Shown: piece by piece, positions 1 through 17,813 of the stretch
Position numbering within the stretch: position 1 is the first letter of the stretch
How the letters are laid out: every line of letters starts with the position of its first letter
Assembly (NCBI GenBank): GCA_963728205.1
Contig: CAVSIV010000002.1
Span: forward strand, 160,001 to 224,000
Origin: an uncultured Chloroflexia bacterium
Lineage (GTDB): Bacteria > Chloroflexota > Dehalococcoidia > UBA2979
Direction: 5' to 3'
DNA: 64,000 nt
Program-made: the position numbers and the translations under genes
Notes under the pieces: generated by a model
Told to the model about the DNA's origin: nothing
The model's database searches: none
Seen by the model: the letters and a program-made list of their open reading frames with translations, nothing else

Positions 1-345
<345 letters not shown>

Positions 346-449
346 CTTCAAGCATCCCCGTGATCTCTGGCGATGCTCGCAGTTCATGAGCGGTATTCTG
401 TACGGGGCGAGCGACTGCGCTCGTCCCGCCGAAGAGCGCGGTCCACGTG

Positions 450-458
450 TGCTACGCT
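450..458 (+). promoter_or_regulatory. Putative extended -10 promoter for the tRNA
   Basis: TG-C-TACGCT 12 nt before the tRNA; the same TGCTACGCT motif recurs before clpC and glyS. Confidence 0.5.
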
Positions 459-470
459 GGATCGCAACGG

Positions 471-545
<75 letters not shown>

Positions 546-554
546 GCGAACAAC

Positions 555-586
555 AGGGCGGGGCCATTGGGCTCCGCCCTTTTTTT
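555..586 (+). terminator. Rho-independent terminator after tRNA-fMet
   Basis: 11-bp stem AGGGCGGGGCC/GGCTCCGCCCT with an ATTG loop, followed by a T run. Confidence 0.85.
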
Positions 587-660
587 GTCTTCTGGTGTCG
601 CACGTTCCCCTGCACTGGGAGGCGGGACCAGGAAAATGGGCACTTCGCCGACGATCGCAG

Positions 661-690
661 TTGCTCATACGCCGGCGATCGCTGCATACT
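661..690 (+). promoter_or_regulatory. Putative sigma70-type promoter for 5S rRNA
   Basis: TTGCTC-18 nt-CATACT, ending 5 nt before the predicted 5S 5' end. Confidence 0.45.
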
Positions 691-695
691 GTCGT

Positions 696-814
696 TCCTG
701 GTGGTTAGAGCGCGGCGGACCCACCCGTTCCCATTCCGAACACGGAAGTGAAACGTCGTAGCGCTGACGATACTCCCCGGGCAACTGGGTGTGGAAAATA
801 GGCCACCGCCAGGA
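696..814 (+). rRNA. rrf: 5S rRNA
   Basis: Terminal helix TCCTGGTGG...CCGCCAGGA and conserved CCCATTCCGAACACGGAAGTGAA; about 119 nt. Confidence 0.96.
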
Positions 815-820
815 TTTATC

Positions 821-852
821 GGGCCATTCTTCCCGTTGCGGAAGAATGGCCC
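821..852 (+). terminator. Hairpin downstream of 5S
   Basis: Perfect 13-bp inverted repeat GGGCCATTCTTCC/GGAAGAATGGCCC; weak U-tract. Confidence 0.6.
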
Positions 853-981
853 GCTGTTCGCCGGGGCCCTTCTTCGATCTCGAGGACGGCTGGCGAATCG
901 GGCGTGTTATGATGCGCCCCGCGTGTCCCGGTGCCCGCGGGCATCCGGCGCGCAAGAATCTCAACCGGAGGCAGATCAGTT

Positions 982-2577
982 TTGACGAACCAGACCACCC
1001 CCGACGCCCCCGAGGCGCCGAAGACGACGCTCACCGAGACCGAGGACATGGCGGCGCTGCTCGAAGAGAGCGATGTCGCCGAGCCCCGGCAGCTGCGACG
1101 CGGGGAGGTGGTCGAGGGCACGGTCATGTCCGTGGAGCGCGATCACGCGCTCGTCGACATCGGATTCAAGTCCGAGGGCGTCGTGCCGGTGCAGGAGATG
1201 CACTCGCTCGGCGCCGACCCGCTCTCCAACATCCACGCCGGTGAGCAGGTGCTCGTCTACGTTGTGCAACCCGAGACGGCTGAGGGCCAGGTCGCCCTCT
1301 CGATCGACCGCGCACGTGGTGAGCAGGGCTGGCGGATTCTGCAGCAGCGCTTCGAGAGCGGTGAGATCTTCGAGGCGGAGATCACCGGCTACAACAAGGG
1401 CGGACTGCTCGCGAACGTCGAGGGCGTGAACGCATTCATCCCGATGTCGCAGGTGGTGGGCGCAAAGCCGGGCACGGACGGGACTAACCCGCTCTCCGCC
1501 CAGGTCGGGCGGACGCTGCGGTTGAAGGTCATCGAGATCAACCGTCGCCGCAATCGCGTGATCCTCTCCGAGCGCGCCGCGCTGCAGGAGTGGCGTGCGG
1601 AGCAGAAGGAGCGCCTCCTCGAGGAGCTCAACGAGGGCGATATCCGTACCGGCACGGTCACGTCAATCCGCAACTTCGGCGTCTTCGTGGACATGGGCGG
1701 CGCCGACGGCCTCGTGCATCTCTCCGAGCTGTCGTGGGACCGTAACGCCTCGCCGGAGGACCTCTTCAAGGTCGGCGACGAGGTGAAGGTCTACGTCATG
1801 CGTGTCGACCGAGAGAGCAAGAAGATCGCCCTTTCGGTGCGCCGCGCCTCGCCCGAGGAGTGGGAGCAGCTCATCACCCGCTATGCGGTCGGGGATGTCG
1901 TCCCTGCCGTGATCACGAAGCTCGTCGCGTTCGGCGCCTTCGCACGGCTGCCCGGACCGGTCGAGGGCCTGGTGCACGTCTCCGAGCTCGTCGACCGGCG
2001 CATCGGCCACCCGGAAGAGGTCGTCGACGAGGGCGACGTGGTTCCGCTGAAGATCGTGCGCATCGAGCACGATCGGCATCGCCTGGGGCTCTCCCTGCGC
2101 GAAGCCCGGCGCGAGGCCGAGATGCGCGGCTGGCAGTTCGACGACGACGGCCGCGTGATCACGTCGCCCGAGGACGCGCAGCAGGCGTTCCCGGACGAGT
2201 ACGCGGCGATCGCGAAACGCTACGAGGACCGGCGGAAGTCCGCGGAGTCGCGCGCCGCCAGTAACGTCCAGCAGGCCGTCCAGGGTTCGGCCGACGAGGG
2301 CGACCGCGGCCGTCGCGACGAGGGCCCCGTGCTCACCGCCATGCAGGCGGCGATGCAGCAGGCGCAGGCGGAATTGCGTGCGCAGGAAGAGTCTGCATCC
2401 GGTGATGCGGCGGAGACGTCGCAGCCCGCGGACACGGCGGACACCGTTGCCGACGCGACCGATACAGCGGCGCCTGCTGCGGACGCGACCGAAGCGGCCG
2501 GCACGGCGGAGGTTGTGGGGACGGCGGAGACGACGCAGGAACCCGACAGCGGCTCCGAAGAGAAGACCGAGGGATGA
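982..2577 (+). CDS. rpsA: 30S ribosomal protein S1 (4 S1 domains, long acidic tail)
   Basis: S1 repeats (VDIGFKSEGVVP, YNKGGLL..VEGVNAFIPMSQ, FGVFVDMGGADGLVHLSELSW, FGAFARL..VEGLVHVSEL). TTG start placed after GGAGG; extended -10 TGTTATGAT at 905-913. Confidence 0.93.
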   Translation: MTNQTTPDAPEAPKTTLTETEDMAALLEESDVAEPRQLRRGEVVEGTVMSVERDHALVDIGFKSEGVVPVQEMHSLGADPLSNIHAGEQVLVYVVQPETAEGQVALSIDRARGEQGWRILQQRFESGEIFEAEITGYNKGGLLANVEGVNAFIPMSQVVGAKPGTDGTNPLSAQVGRTLRLKVIEINRRRNRVILSERAALQEWRAEQKERLLEELNEGDIRTGTVTSIRNFGVFVDMGGADGLVHLSELSWDRNASPEDLFKVGDEVKVYVMRVDRESKKIALSVRRASPEEWEQLITRYAVGDVVPAVITKLVAFGAFARLPGPVEGLVHVSELVDRRIGHPEEVVDEGDVVPLKIVRIEHDRHRLGLSLREARREAEMRGWQFDDDGRVITSPEDAQQAFPDEYAAIAKRYEDRRKSAESRAASNVQQAVQGSADEGDRGRRDEGPVLTAMQAAMQQAQAELRAQEESASGDAAETSQPADTADTVADATDTAAPAADATEAAGTAEVVGTAETTQEPDSGSEEKTEG

Positions 2578-2610
2578 GCCACGGACTCCGCCCCCGTCCG
2601 GCACGATGAC

Positions 2611-2640
2611 GCGAAGCCCCGGCCCGTTCCGGGGCTTCGC
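2611..2640 (+). terminator. Hairpin terminator after rpsA
   Basis: 12-bp perfect stem GCGAAGCCCCGG/CCGGGGCTTCGC. Confidence 0.65.
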
Positions 2641-2828
2641 CGCGTTGTCTGCTACGCTGTAAATGCGGGTAGCCCCGCACTGACGGCACTCCACAACCTG
2701 AGCGATCATCCGTGATGGACCCCACGCCCGAGGCGCGGCGGTCACAGGTTCGGCCCCCTCTCGGAGCGTCTGTCCGCAAGGGGGCCCTGTGATAGCCTTG
2801 ATCTCGGAGGGAGAGGGACGGACCCGAT

Positions 2829-5343
<2,515 letters not shown>

Positions 5344-5368
5344 CGTCCCCAGACGGGCTGCCAGGCTC

Positions 5369-5399
5369 AAAACGGGGCCGCATCTGCGGCCCCGTTTTT
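5369..5399. terminator. Bidirectional terminator between clpC and rodA
   Basis: AAAACGGGGCCGCA-TC-TGCGGCCCCGTTTTT. Confidence 0.85.
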
Positions 5400-5415
5400 C
5401 GTGCCTTTGCTCGGC

Positions 5416-6558
5416 TCAGCGGCGCCGCTCGCCGGTCCACTGCTCGCGACCGATCGCCGGGCGGTGCGCGGCGATGCTCTCGAGCACCCCGAGCGCGGCG
5501 AACATGGCGACGAGCGCGGAGCCACCCTGCGAGACGAACGGCAGCGCGATGCCGGTCGCCGGGAAGAGCCGCAGGTTGACCGCGATGTGCATGAGCGCCT
5601 GCGCGGTGATGGTGGCGGTGAGGCCGACCGCGAGCAGCCGCCCGAAGGTGTCGGGCGCGGCAGCGGCCGCGCGCAGTCCGCGCCACGCCACGATCGCGAA
5701 CACCGCGATCACGAACAGCGCACCGACCATGCCGACGGCCTCGCCGAGCTGCGCGAAGGCGAAGTCGGAGGTCCGTGTGGCGAGACCCTCGAGCGCCGAG
5801 TGTGCCCCCTCGAGGAGCCCGTTCCCGAACAGGCCGCCGGAGCCGAATGCGACCTCGACCTGGCGCAGCGTGAAGCCGCTGCCGAACGGGTCGCGCCCGG
5901 GGTGCAAGAAGACGGCGAGGCGCTCCCGCTGGTAGTCGGGGACGCCCACGGTGAACAGCAGCGGCACGGCGGCGATCGCCGCCAGTGCCATCCCGCCGAG
6001 TACACGCCAGGGCAACCCCCACGCGACGACCATGGAGGCCCAGGCCGCGCCGATGACCAGCGCCGTCCCGAGGTCCGGCTCGAGCAGCACGAGGCCCGCA
6101 GGCACGCCGAGCACGACCAGCCACGCAAGGAGCGGCCGAGCGCCGGGCTGCCGGTCCGCCACCACCGCGGCACCGGCGATGACGATGGCGAGCTTCGCGA
6201 ATTCGGAGGGCTGCACCGTGATCGGCCCCAGGCCGATCCACCGTCGCGCGCCATACTGGCTCGAGCCGAGTCCGAGCACCACGACGAGCGCGAGAACGGC
6301 GCCCGCGTAGAGGAGCGGCGTGAGGCGGCGCAGCAACCGGTAGTCAACGTGAGCGAGCACGAACATCACCACGACGCCGACCACGATGTAGCCGCCCTGC
6401 CGCACGGTGGGGCCGGTGATGTGTGACGGCGGGAGCGACATATGCGCCGCGGTCGTGGCCTCGATGAGGAGCGCGCCCAGCGGGGCGAGCACGAGCATCG
6501 GCAGCAGCAGCCATCGATCCGCGACGCGGCCGGCGCGCGCGATCCCGAGCGCGCTCAC
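5416..6558 (-). CDS. rodA: Rod shape-determining protein RodA (SEDS family)
   Basis: GARRWI, QPSEFAK, EPDLGT and PATGIALPFVSQGGS motifs; follows PBP2. Confidence 0.92.
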   Translation of the reverse strand: MSALGIARAGRVADRWLLLPMLVLAPLGALLIEATTAAHMSLPPSHITGPTVRQGGYIVVGVVVMFVLAHVDYRLLRRLTPLLYAGAVLALVVVLGLGSSQYGARRWIGLGPITVQPSEFAKLAIVIAGAAVVADRQPGARPLLAWLVVLGVPAGLVLLEPDLGTALVIGAAWASMVVAWGLPWRVLGGMALAAIAAVPLLFTVGVPDYQRERLAVFLHPGRDPFGSGFTLRQVEVAFGSGGLFGNGLLEGAHSALEGLATRTSDFAFAQLGEAVGMVGALFVIAVFAIVAWRGLRAAAAAPDTFGRLLAVGLTATITAQALMHIAVNLRLFPATGIALPFVSQGGSALVAMFAALGVLESIAAHRPAIGREQWTGERRR

Positions 6559-8450
6559 GGCGTCGCTGCTCGGGCGACCGGCGGCTGCGGGCGCGTCGCG
6601 AAGTACGCCTGGAATATCTGCCGCGCGACCGGAGCGGCGTCGACGCCACCGATCCCGTGTTCGAGGTAGACCGCGACCGCGATCTGAGGGTTGTCGAACG
6701 GGGCGAACCCGATGTACCAGGCGTGCGTGGGGAAGACGCCGTCGGGATTCCGATCGCCGAACTCCGCCGTCCCCGTCTTGCCGCCGATGTCGATCCCGAC
6801 CGGCTTGCCCAGCGCCGCCGTGTTGCCGTCCGACGCGGCGAGATGCATGCCGTCGCGCACCGTCTGGAGGTGCTCCGGGGAGACCGGCAGGCGCCGCTTC
6901 ACCTGCGCGGGGACGAGGTTGAGATAGCCGTCGTCCTCGATCCCGCGCACGACGTGTGGAACGAGCACGTCGCCACCGTTGGCGATGGCCGCGGCGAGCA
7001 CCCCCATCTGGAGCGGCGTCGCCGTGAGATAGCCCTGGCCGATGCCGTAGGTATACGTGTCACCGAGGTACCACGGATCCCCGACCGCGCGCTGCTTCCA
7101 GGCGGGATCGGGGACGAGGCCGTCGGTCTCGCCGGGCAAGTCGACCCCGGTGGGCGAGCCGAGGCCCGCGGCCCGGGCATACTCGGCGATGCGATCGGGG
7201 CCGAGGCCGGTGAAGAGTTGCTTTCCGCGCTCCGTGTAACCGCCCGCCAGGTAATAGAAATACACGTCCGACGAGCGGGCGATGCCCTGCTCGAGGTTCA
7301 TCGTGCCGTTCACGGTCCAGTCGTGGAACGTGTACGTCACGCCGGGGTCATAGACGTCCTGGACCGTGATGGCGCCCGTGCTCGTGATCGTGGTGCCGGG
7401 AGTCGCGATCCCCTCCTGCAACGCGGCCGCCGCGACGAGCGGCTTGAAGGTGGAGCCCGGCGCGTGCGCCTCCATGTACGAGCGGTCGACGAGCGGCCGG
7501 GCCGGGTCCTGCAGTACCGACGAGATGGTCTGGGCGCTCGCCGCGCCATTGAAGAGGTTGGCGTCATACGAAGGCAGCGACACCATCGCGAGGACTTCGC
7601 CCGTGTGGACGTCGAGCACGACGGCGGCGCCGGCCGCCAGCGGGTGCACACCCTGGTCGGGTTCGCGCAGTCCGCCGTCGATGCCGGACTTCAGCGCGGT
7701 CGCGACGGACCGCTGCAGGCCCGAGTCGACCGCCAGCTCGACGTTGTCTCCGGGGCGTGCCGGCTCGTCGCCGAGCGTCGTCAGCTCGCGGCCGTCCGGC
7801 GTGGAGAGCACGAGCCGCCGGCCCGGCTGACCGCGCAGTACATCCTGGTAGACGTGCTCGATGCCGTCACGTCCGACACTGGCGTTCAGCGGGTACCCCT
7901 TCGCGAGGTACGCGGTGACCTCGCCGGGCTCGATTGCGCCGACGTAACCGAGGATGTGCGCGAAGAGTGGCCCGCCCGCGTAGGTGCGACCCGGTGTCGC
8001 CCGCACGTCGACGCCGGACAGGCCCGCGGTTGCGGCGCGCATCATGATCGCCTGGTCGCTCGAGAGCCCGTCGAGCAAGGTGACGGGCGCCAGCGGGTCG
8101 ACCGAGGCGAGCCCGCGCACCACGTCCGCATGCAGCTGCGGGAGGGGGATCCCGCTCGCGCTCGCCGCGGCGATCAGGGCCGTCGCCTGTGCGTGAGGGT
8201 CGGCCGGGAAGTCGCCGGGGATCGCGACGAGCGAGAACGCCGGCACGTTCCGTGCGAGCACGTTTCCGGCGCGGTCGGTGATCAGGCCGCGCGGCGCCTC
8301 GGTCTCGACGACGCGCGGTGCGGCGCCGGCGTCGAAGCCCGGCTCGACCGCGGGATCCAGCCATTGCACGCGGACGAGCTGCCCGGCGAGGACCAGGAAG
8401 CCAATGGCGGCGATCGCCTGCAGGCCGAGCAGGCGACGGCGCACGGTCAC
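6555..8450 (-). CDS. mrdA: Penicillin-binding protein 2
   Basis: N-terminal TM, APRGLITDR, PGSTFK (SxxK), SSD (SxN variant), GKTGTAE. GTG start overlaps the mreD stop. Confidence 0.92.
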   Translation of the reverse strand: MTVRRRLLGLQAIAAIGFLVLAGQLVRVQWLDPAVEPGFDAGAAPRVVETEAPRGLITDRAGNVLARNVPAFSLVAIPGDFPADPHAQATALIAAASASGIPLPQLHADVVRGLASVDPLAPVTLLDGLSSDQAIMMRAATAGLSGVDVRATPGRTYAGGPLFAHILGYVGAIEPGEVTAYLAKGYPLNASVGRDGIEHVYQDVLRGQPGRRLVLSTPDGRELTTLGDEPARPGDNVELAVDSGLQRSVATALKSGIDGGLREPDQGVHPLAAGAAVVLDVHTGEVLAMVSLPSYDANLFNGAASAQTISSVLQDPARPLVDRSYMEAHAPGSTFKPLVAAAALQEGIATPGTTITSTGAITVQDVYDPGVTYTFHDWTVNGTMNLEQGIARSSDVYFYYLAGGYTERGKQLFTGLGPDRIAEYARAAGLGSPTGVDLPGETDGLVPDPAWKQRAVGDPWYLGDTYTYGIGQGYLTATPLQMGVLAAAIANGGDVLVPHVVRGIEDDGYLNLVPAQVKRRLPVSPEHLQTVRDGMHLAASDGNTAALGKPVGIDIGGKTGTAEFGDRNPDGVFPTHAWYIGFAPFDNPQIAVAVYLEHGIGGVDAAPVARQIFQAYFATRPQPPVARAATP

Positions 8451-8950
8451 TCGAACAGCCCTCGAGGACGCGGCCGCCACGGCCAGACCGCGAGCGCGAC
8501 GGCGGTGGCGAGCGCCGCCGTCAGCGCGGCCGCGAGGATCATCCCGCCCGGATCGCCGATGAGCGCGCGCGGCCGCCCGGCGGCGAGCGCGAGCAGCACG
8601 CTGTAGCAGGCGGCGCCACCCGCCCCGGCGAGCGCGGCGGCGAGCATGCGGCGCGCGGAGCTCCCCACCGGGTCGCGATCGATGCGACGTGTCGCGGCGG
8701 CGAGCGCCGCCGCCGGCCAGCACGCCAGCACGAAGACGCCGACCGGCGCCTGCGATACCGCCCCCATCACCACAGGCGCGAGAAGCAGCGCCGGCGCGGT
8801 CTCTCCCGGTGCGCGCACCGCCGCCCACCCCGCCACGAGCGCCACCGGCAAGAGCGGGATCGCGAGCGGGTCGAGCGTCAGGAGCGACAACGGACCAACC
8901 TGCACGAGGGCCGCGAGGATGCTCAGCACCGTGATGATCGCGAGGCTCAC
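8447..8950 (-). CDS. mreD: MreD-like membrane protein
   Basis: Hydrophobic 167-aa protein between mreC and mrdA, overlapping both. Confidence 0.7.
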   Translation of the reverse strand: MSLAIITVLSILAALVQVGPLSLLTLDPLAIPLLPVALVAGWAAVRAPGETAPALLLAPVVMGAVSQAPVGVFVLACWPAAALAAATRRIDRDPVGSSARRMLAAALAGAGGAACYSVLLALAAGRPRALIGDPGGMILAAALTAALATAVALAVWPWRPRPRGLFE

Positions 8951-9858
8951 GGCGTGCCGGTCCCGGTGCCGCCGTCGGGTGCGGTGCCGCCGTCGGTCGC
9001 GCTGCCGGTGCCGGGGTCGAGCTGCGTGCCCGGGACGAACCCGGTCATCACGAGGACCTGCTCCAGCCGCAGGAAGTCGGCCAGCGGCTCCACTCGGACC
9101 TGCTGGAAGAGGTCCGCGGGGCGCGAGTGCACGGCACTGACGCGTCCGATCAATAGTCCGCCCGGCAGCCGCCCGCCGAGCGCCGAGGTCAGCACGAGAT
9201 CGCCGCTCGTCACGGACGCGCCCTGCTGCACGAAGTCGAGCCGTAGCCCGTCGCCGGTCCCCGAGGCATCGCCGGGCGTGCGGGAAGACTGCACAAGCGC
9301 CGCGACGGATGAGCCCGGGTCGATCAGCAGCCGCACCCGCGCGCGATGCGGTCCGACGTCGACGATGACCCCGGCGAGCGTCGCGCCTGAGGACAACACC
9401 GGCTGGCCGACGCGCACACCGTCGGTGCTGCCGCGGTTCAGCAGGGCGGTCTCACGCCCGGGCGCGGGGTCGCGGAGCACGACCGATGCAGTCAGGAAGT
9501 CCGCCGTGTCGGGCCCCACGGCGTCGAGCAGGGCCGACGCCTGCTGCGCCGCGGTCTGCTGCTCCCGCAGCGTGGCGAGATCCGCCTCCATGCGACCGAC
9601 TTCCTTGCGGAGATCGGCGTTCTCCGCGCTGAGCGCACGGATCTGCCCTGCGCGCAGCAGCACGTCGGCAGCGGGCCGGCTGGCGTCCCGCAGCCCGCCG
9701 GCGAGCGGGCCGACCACCGCCGCTGCGCGCGCCTCGATGCCGTCGGTGACGTGGAACGGCGAGAGGATCACGAGCGCGATGCCCGCGACGAGGACCGCCA
9801 TGAGCCACGCGGCGCTGTCCCCCCGCGGGAAGGACCGGCCACGCTCACCGAGTCGCAC
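8947..9858 (-). CDS. mreC: Rod shape-determining protein MreC
   Basis: TM plus coiled coil, LNRGSTDGVRVGQPV, GDLVLTSALGG.LPGGLLIG. Confidence 0.9.
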   Translation of the reverse strand: MRLGERGRSFPRGDSAAWLMAVLVAGIALVILSPFHVTDGIEARAAAVVGPLAGGLRDASRPAADVLLRAGQIRALSAENADLRKEVGRMEADLATLREQQTAAQQASALLDAVGPDTADFLTASVVLRDPAPGRETALLNRGSTDGVRVGQPVLSSGATLAGVIVDVGPHRARVRLLIDPGSSVAALVQSSRTPGDASGTGDGLRLDFVQQGASVTSGDLVLTSALGGRLPGGLLIGRVSAVHSRPADLFQQVRVEPLADFLRLEQVLVMTGFVPGTQLDPGTGSATDGGTAPDGGTGTGTP

Positions 9859-9872
9859 GCTGGCGCGTCAGC

Positions 9873-10934
9873 TCATCGGGGAGCGCGGCGCGCGGTGATG
9901 GCCGATTGCACCCTCTGGAGCGTCTCCGCCTCCTCGAGGGCCTCGCCGCAGCCGCGTACGACGGTGCGCAGCGGGTCGTCTGTGACGTAGACGGGGAACC
10001 GCGTCTCCGTGGCCACGCGCCGGTCCAGGCCGCGCAGCAGCGAGCCGCCGCCCGTCATCGCGATCCCGTGCAGCATGAGATCGGCGACGAGCTCCGGCGG
10101 CGTGGTCTCGATGGTGGCGCGGACCGTGCGGACAATCTCGTTGGTGACCGGCGAGAGCGCGTCGCGCAACTCGACGGTGGAGACCTCCACCGACTTCGGC
10201 AGGCCCGTCGCAAGGTCGCGGCCACGCAGGTCGATCGTCGCCTCCTCGTCGAGCGCGTAGGCCGAGCCGGCCTCAATCTTCACCTGTTCGGCGGTGCGCT
10301 CGCCGATCAGCATGTTGTGGACCTGGCGGGCGTAGTCGACGATTGCGAGGTCCATCGCGTCGCCGGCGGCGCGGACCGACATGGAGCGGACGATGCCGCC
10401 CAGCGCGATCACGGCGACCTCCGTGGTGCCGCCGCCGATGTCGACGATCATCGACCCGGCCGCGTTCATCACGGGCAACCCCGACCCGATCGCCGCCGCC
10501 ATCGGCTCCTCGATCAGGTAGGCGGCGCGCGCGCCGGCGGCGACCGATGCGTCGTGGACCGCGCGCTTCTCCACCTCGGTGGCGCCGGACGGGATGCCGA
10601 CGACGACGCGCGGCTTCGGGATGCCGAGGCCGAAGCGCTCATGCACCGAGCGGATGAAGTACTGCAGCATCTTCTCGGTGACGGCGAAGTCCGAGATCAC
10701 GCCGTCGCGCAGGGGGCGCACGGCGACGATCGTCGACGGCGTGCGCCCGACCATGCGCTTGGCCTCCGCGCCGATGGCGAGGATGCGCTTGGTGGTCTTG
10801 TCGATCGCGACGACGGACGGCTCGTCGATCACGATGCCGCGCCCGCGCACGCTCACGAGCGTGTTGGCGGTCCCGAGATCGATGCCGATGTCATGGGAAA
10901 ACATCCCCAGGAATGAGGAGAGCGGATTAATCAC
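9873..10934 (-). CDS. mreB: Rod shape-determining protein MreB
   Basis: DIGIDLGTANT, EEPMAAAIG, DIGGGTTE, TGGGSLL. Start is GTG 10934 or ATG 10904. Confidence 0.96.
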   Translation of the reverse strand: MINPLSSFLGMFSHDIGIDLGTANTLVSVRGRGIVIDEPSVVAIDKTTKRILAIGAEAKRMVGRTPSTIVAVRPLRDGVISDFAVTEKMLQYFIRSVHERFGLGIPKPRVVVGIPSGATEVEKRAVHDASVAAGARAAYLIEEPMAAAIGSGLPVMNAAGSMIVDIGGGTTEVAVIALGGIVRSMSVRAAGDAMDLAIVDYARQVHNMLIGERTAEQVKIEAGSAYALDEEATIDLRGRDLATGLPKSVEVSTVELRDALSPVTNEIVRTVRATIETTPPELVADLMLHGIAMTGGGSLLRGLDRRVATETRFPVYVTDDPLRTVVRGCGEALEEAETLQRVQSAITARRAPR

Positions 10935-11069
10935 GTGAGCGATGAGCCCGTCTTGGGGAGACGATCGCTGGCTAGCCCTGGGGAGACTGGCTGGCGGCAG
11001 TATAGGGACGGCGGGACCGGCGCGACAAGGCACAGCGAGCGCGACGTGCGGCGTGCGCCCCGCCGCCCG

Positions 11070-15830
<4,761 letters not shown>

Positions 15831-15874
15831 CCCGGACGGTCGCCCCGAGCGGCCTCTCATCGGATACTGGTTTC

Positions 15875-16670
15875 ATGCTCACCAAGCGCATCATCCCGTG
15901 CTTCGACGTCGACAACGGACGCGTCGTGAAGGGCGTCTCGTTCGTCGAGCTGCGCGACGCCGGCGACCCGGTGGAGCTGGCGCGGCGCTACGACGCGGCC
16001 GGCGCCGACGAGCTCGTGTTCCTCGACATCACGGCCTCTTCGGAAGCGCGGCAGAGCGTCTACGATCTGGTGGCGCGGACGGCCGACCAGATCTTCATCC
16101 CGCTCACGGTCGGCGGGGGCATCCGCACGACCGACGACATGCGCCTGATGCTCGAGATGGGCGCCGACAAGGACGTCGGTCAACACGGCCGCCGTGCAGC
16201 GGCCGGAATTAGTCTCGGAGGGCGCGCACCGCTTCGGGGCCCAGTGCATCGTCGTCGCGATCGACGCGAAGCGGTCGGGGCCGGAGTCGTGGGAGGTCTA
16301 CACCCACGGCGGGCGGACGCCTGCCGGGCGCGACGCGGTCGCGTGGGCGCGCGAGGCGGCGGAGCGTGGCGCGGGCGAGCTGCTCGTGACGTCGATGGAC
16401 ACCGACGGACACCAGCGCGGCTACGACATCGCGCTGCTGCGCGCGATCAGCGATGCGGTCGAGGTGCCGGTGGTCGCGTCGGGCGGCGCGGGCGAGCCCG
16501 CGCACCTCTATGAGGCGCTCACCGAGGGCGGCGCCGACGCCGTGCTCGCGGCCTCGATCTTCCACTTCGGCACGTATACGGTGGCGGACCTCAAGGAGTA
16601 CCTCGCGGCGCGCGGCGTGCCGGTGCGACCGGTGTCCGCCCCCGCGGAGGAAGCGCAGGTGCAGGCATGA
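15875..16670 (+). CDS. hisF: Imidazole glycerol phosphate synthase cyclase subunit (frameshift near 16171)
   Basis: [25 protein letters not shown]; in the next frame [21 protein letters not shown]. Confidence 0.95.
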
Positions 16671-17053
16671 GCGACCAGGCGACGACGGCGGGCGAGGTGC
16701 GGATCGACCCCGCGGCGCTGAAGTACGACGACCGCGGGCTGATCCCGGCGATCGTGCAGGACGCCGGCACCCATGAGGTCATCATGCTCGGCTGGATGAA
16801 CGAGGCGACGCTGCGCCAGACGATCGAGATCGGCCAGGCGGTCTTCTGGTCGCGCTCTCGCCAGGAGGTCTGGCACAAGGGCGCCACCTCCGGCGACTTC
16901 GTGAACGTGCGCGGTATCACGACCGACTGCGACCGTGACGTGGTCCTGCTCCAGGCGGAGCTCGTCGGCGGGGGCATCTGCCACACCGGTGCGCACTCCT
17001 GCTTCGTCGCGGCCGATGACGAGACGCCGCAGGTCGTCACGCTCGACGCCTGA
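16667..17053 (+). CDS. hisI: Phosphoribosyl-AMP cyclohydrolase (monofunctional)
   Basis: [40 protein letters not shown]; no HisE domain. Confidence 0.93.
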   Translation: MSDQATTAGEVRIDPAALKYDDRGLIPAIVQDAGTHEVIMLGWMNEATLRQTIEIGQAVFWSRSRQEVWHKGATSGDFVNVRGITTDCDRDVVLLQAELVGGGICHTGAHSCFVAADDETPQVVTLDA

Positions 17054-17068
17054 CGGCCGGCGCCACCC

Positions 17069-17775
17069 ATGCTCCCCGCCGAGGTCGTGCTGCCGCTCCG
17101 CGTCAGCCACGTGGTGTTCGACGTCGACGGCACGCTCGTCGACTTCGACGCCGCCCTGCGCGTCGCGCTCGACGCCGTGGCGGCGCGTGCTGCGGCGTTC
17201 GCCGGTGCACCGATCGCGCGCGAGTCCCTGCTGGCAGCGCGCGAGACGGTGCGCGTCGAGGCGGCCGCGGGCGGCGTCGCGCGCACGCTGCGCGAGATCC
17301 GCGACGAGTCGTTCCGCGGGTGCTGCGGAGCGCGGGCGTCTCGAGCGACGCCGCTGCCGCGGACCTGAGCCTCCTCCACTACGAAACGCGCGACGCCGCG
17401 TTGCGCGCCTTCGCCGACGTGGAGGATGCGTTGCTGCGGCTCGAGGCGCGCGGCTTCACGTTGATCGCGGCGAGCAACGGGAACGCAGCCCTGGACCGCC
17501 TGCCGATTGTCGCGCGGTTCGCGCACCGCCACTTCGCCGAGGTCGCCGGCATGTCGAAGCCGGACCCGCGCTTCTTCGCGCTCGCGCTGGAGGCGACCGG
17601 CGGGCAGCCGGAGACGGCGGTGTCGGTCGGCGATCGGCTCGAGAACGACTACCTGCCGGCGCGATCGCTCGGGATGCACGCGGTGCTGGTCGACCGCGCC
17701 GGAACTGCCGAGGCGCGCGGCGTGCTGCGGATCGCGTCGCTCGCGGAGCTGCCGGGGATGCTCGAGCCGGTCTAG
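17069..17775 (+). CDS. HAD-superfamily hydrolase (frameshift near 17318)
   Basis: FDVDGTL motif I, ASNG, KPDPRFF, VGDRLEND, split over two frames. Confidence 0.85.
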
Positions 17776-17813
17776 CCCGCGGCGCGCGGGGCGAGCCCTG
17801 CACGCGCCGCGGG

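Noticed and set aside
10940-11000. Short GTCTCCCCA repeats in the mreB leader resembling sequence after the clpC stop (5344-5359)
   Set aside because: Too short and gapped to distinguish from chance at this GC content.
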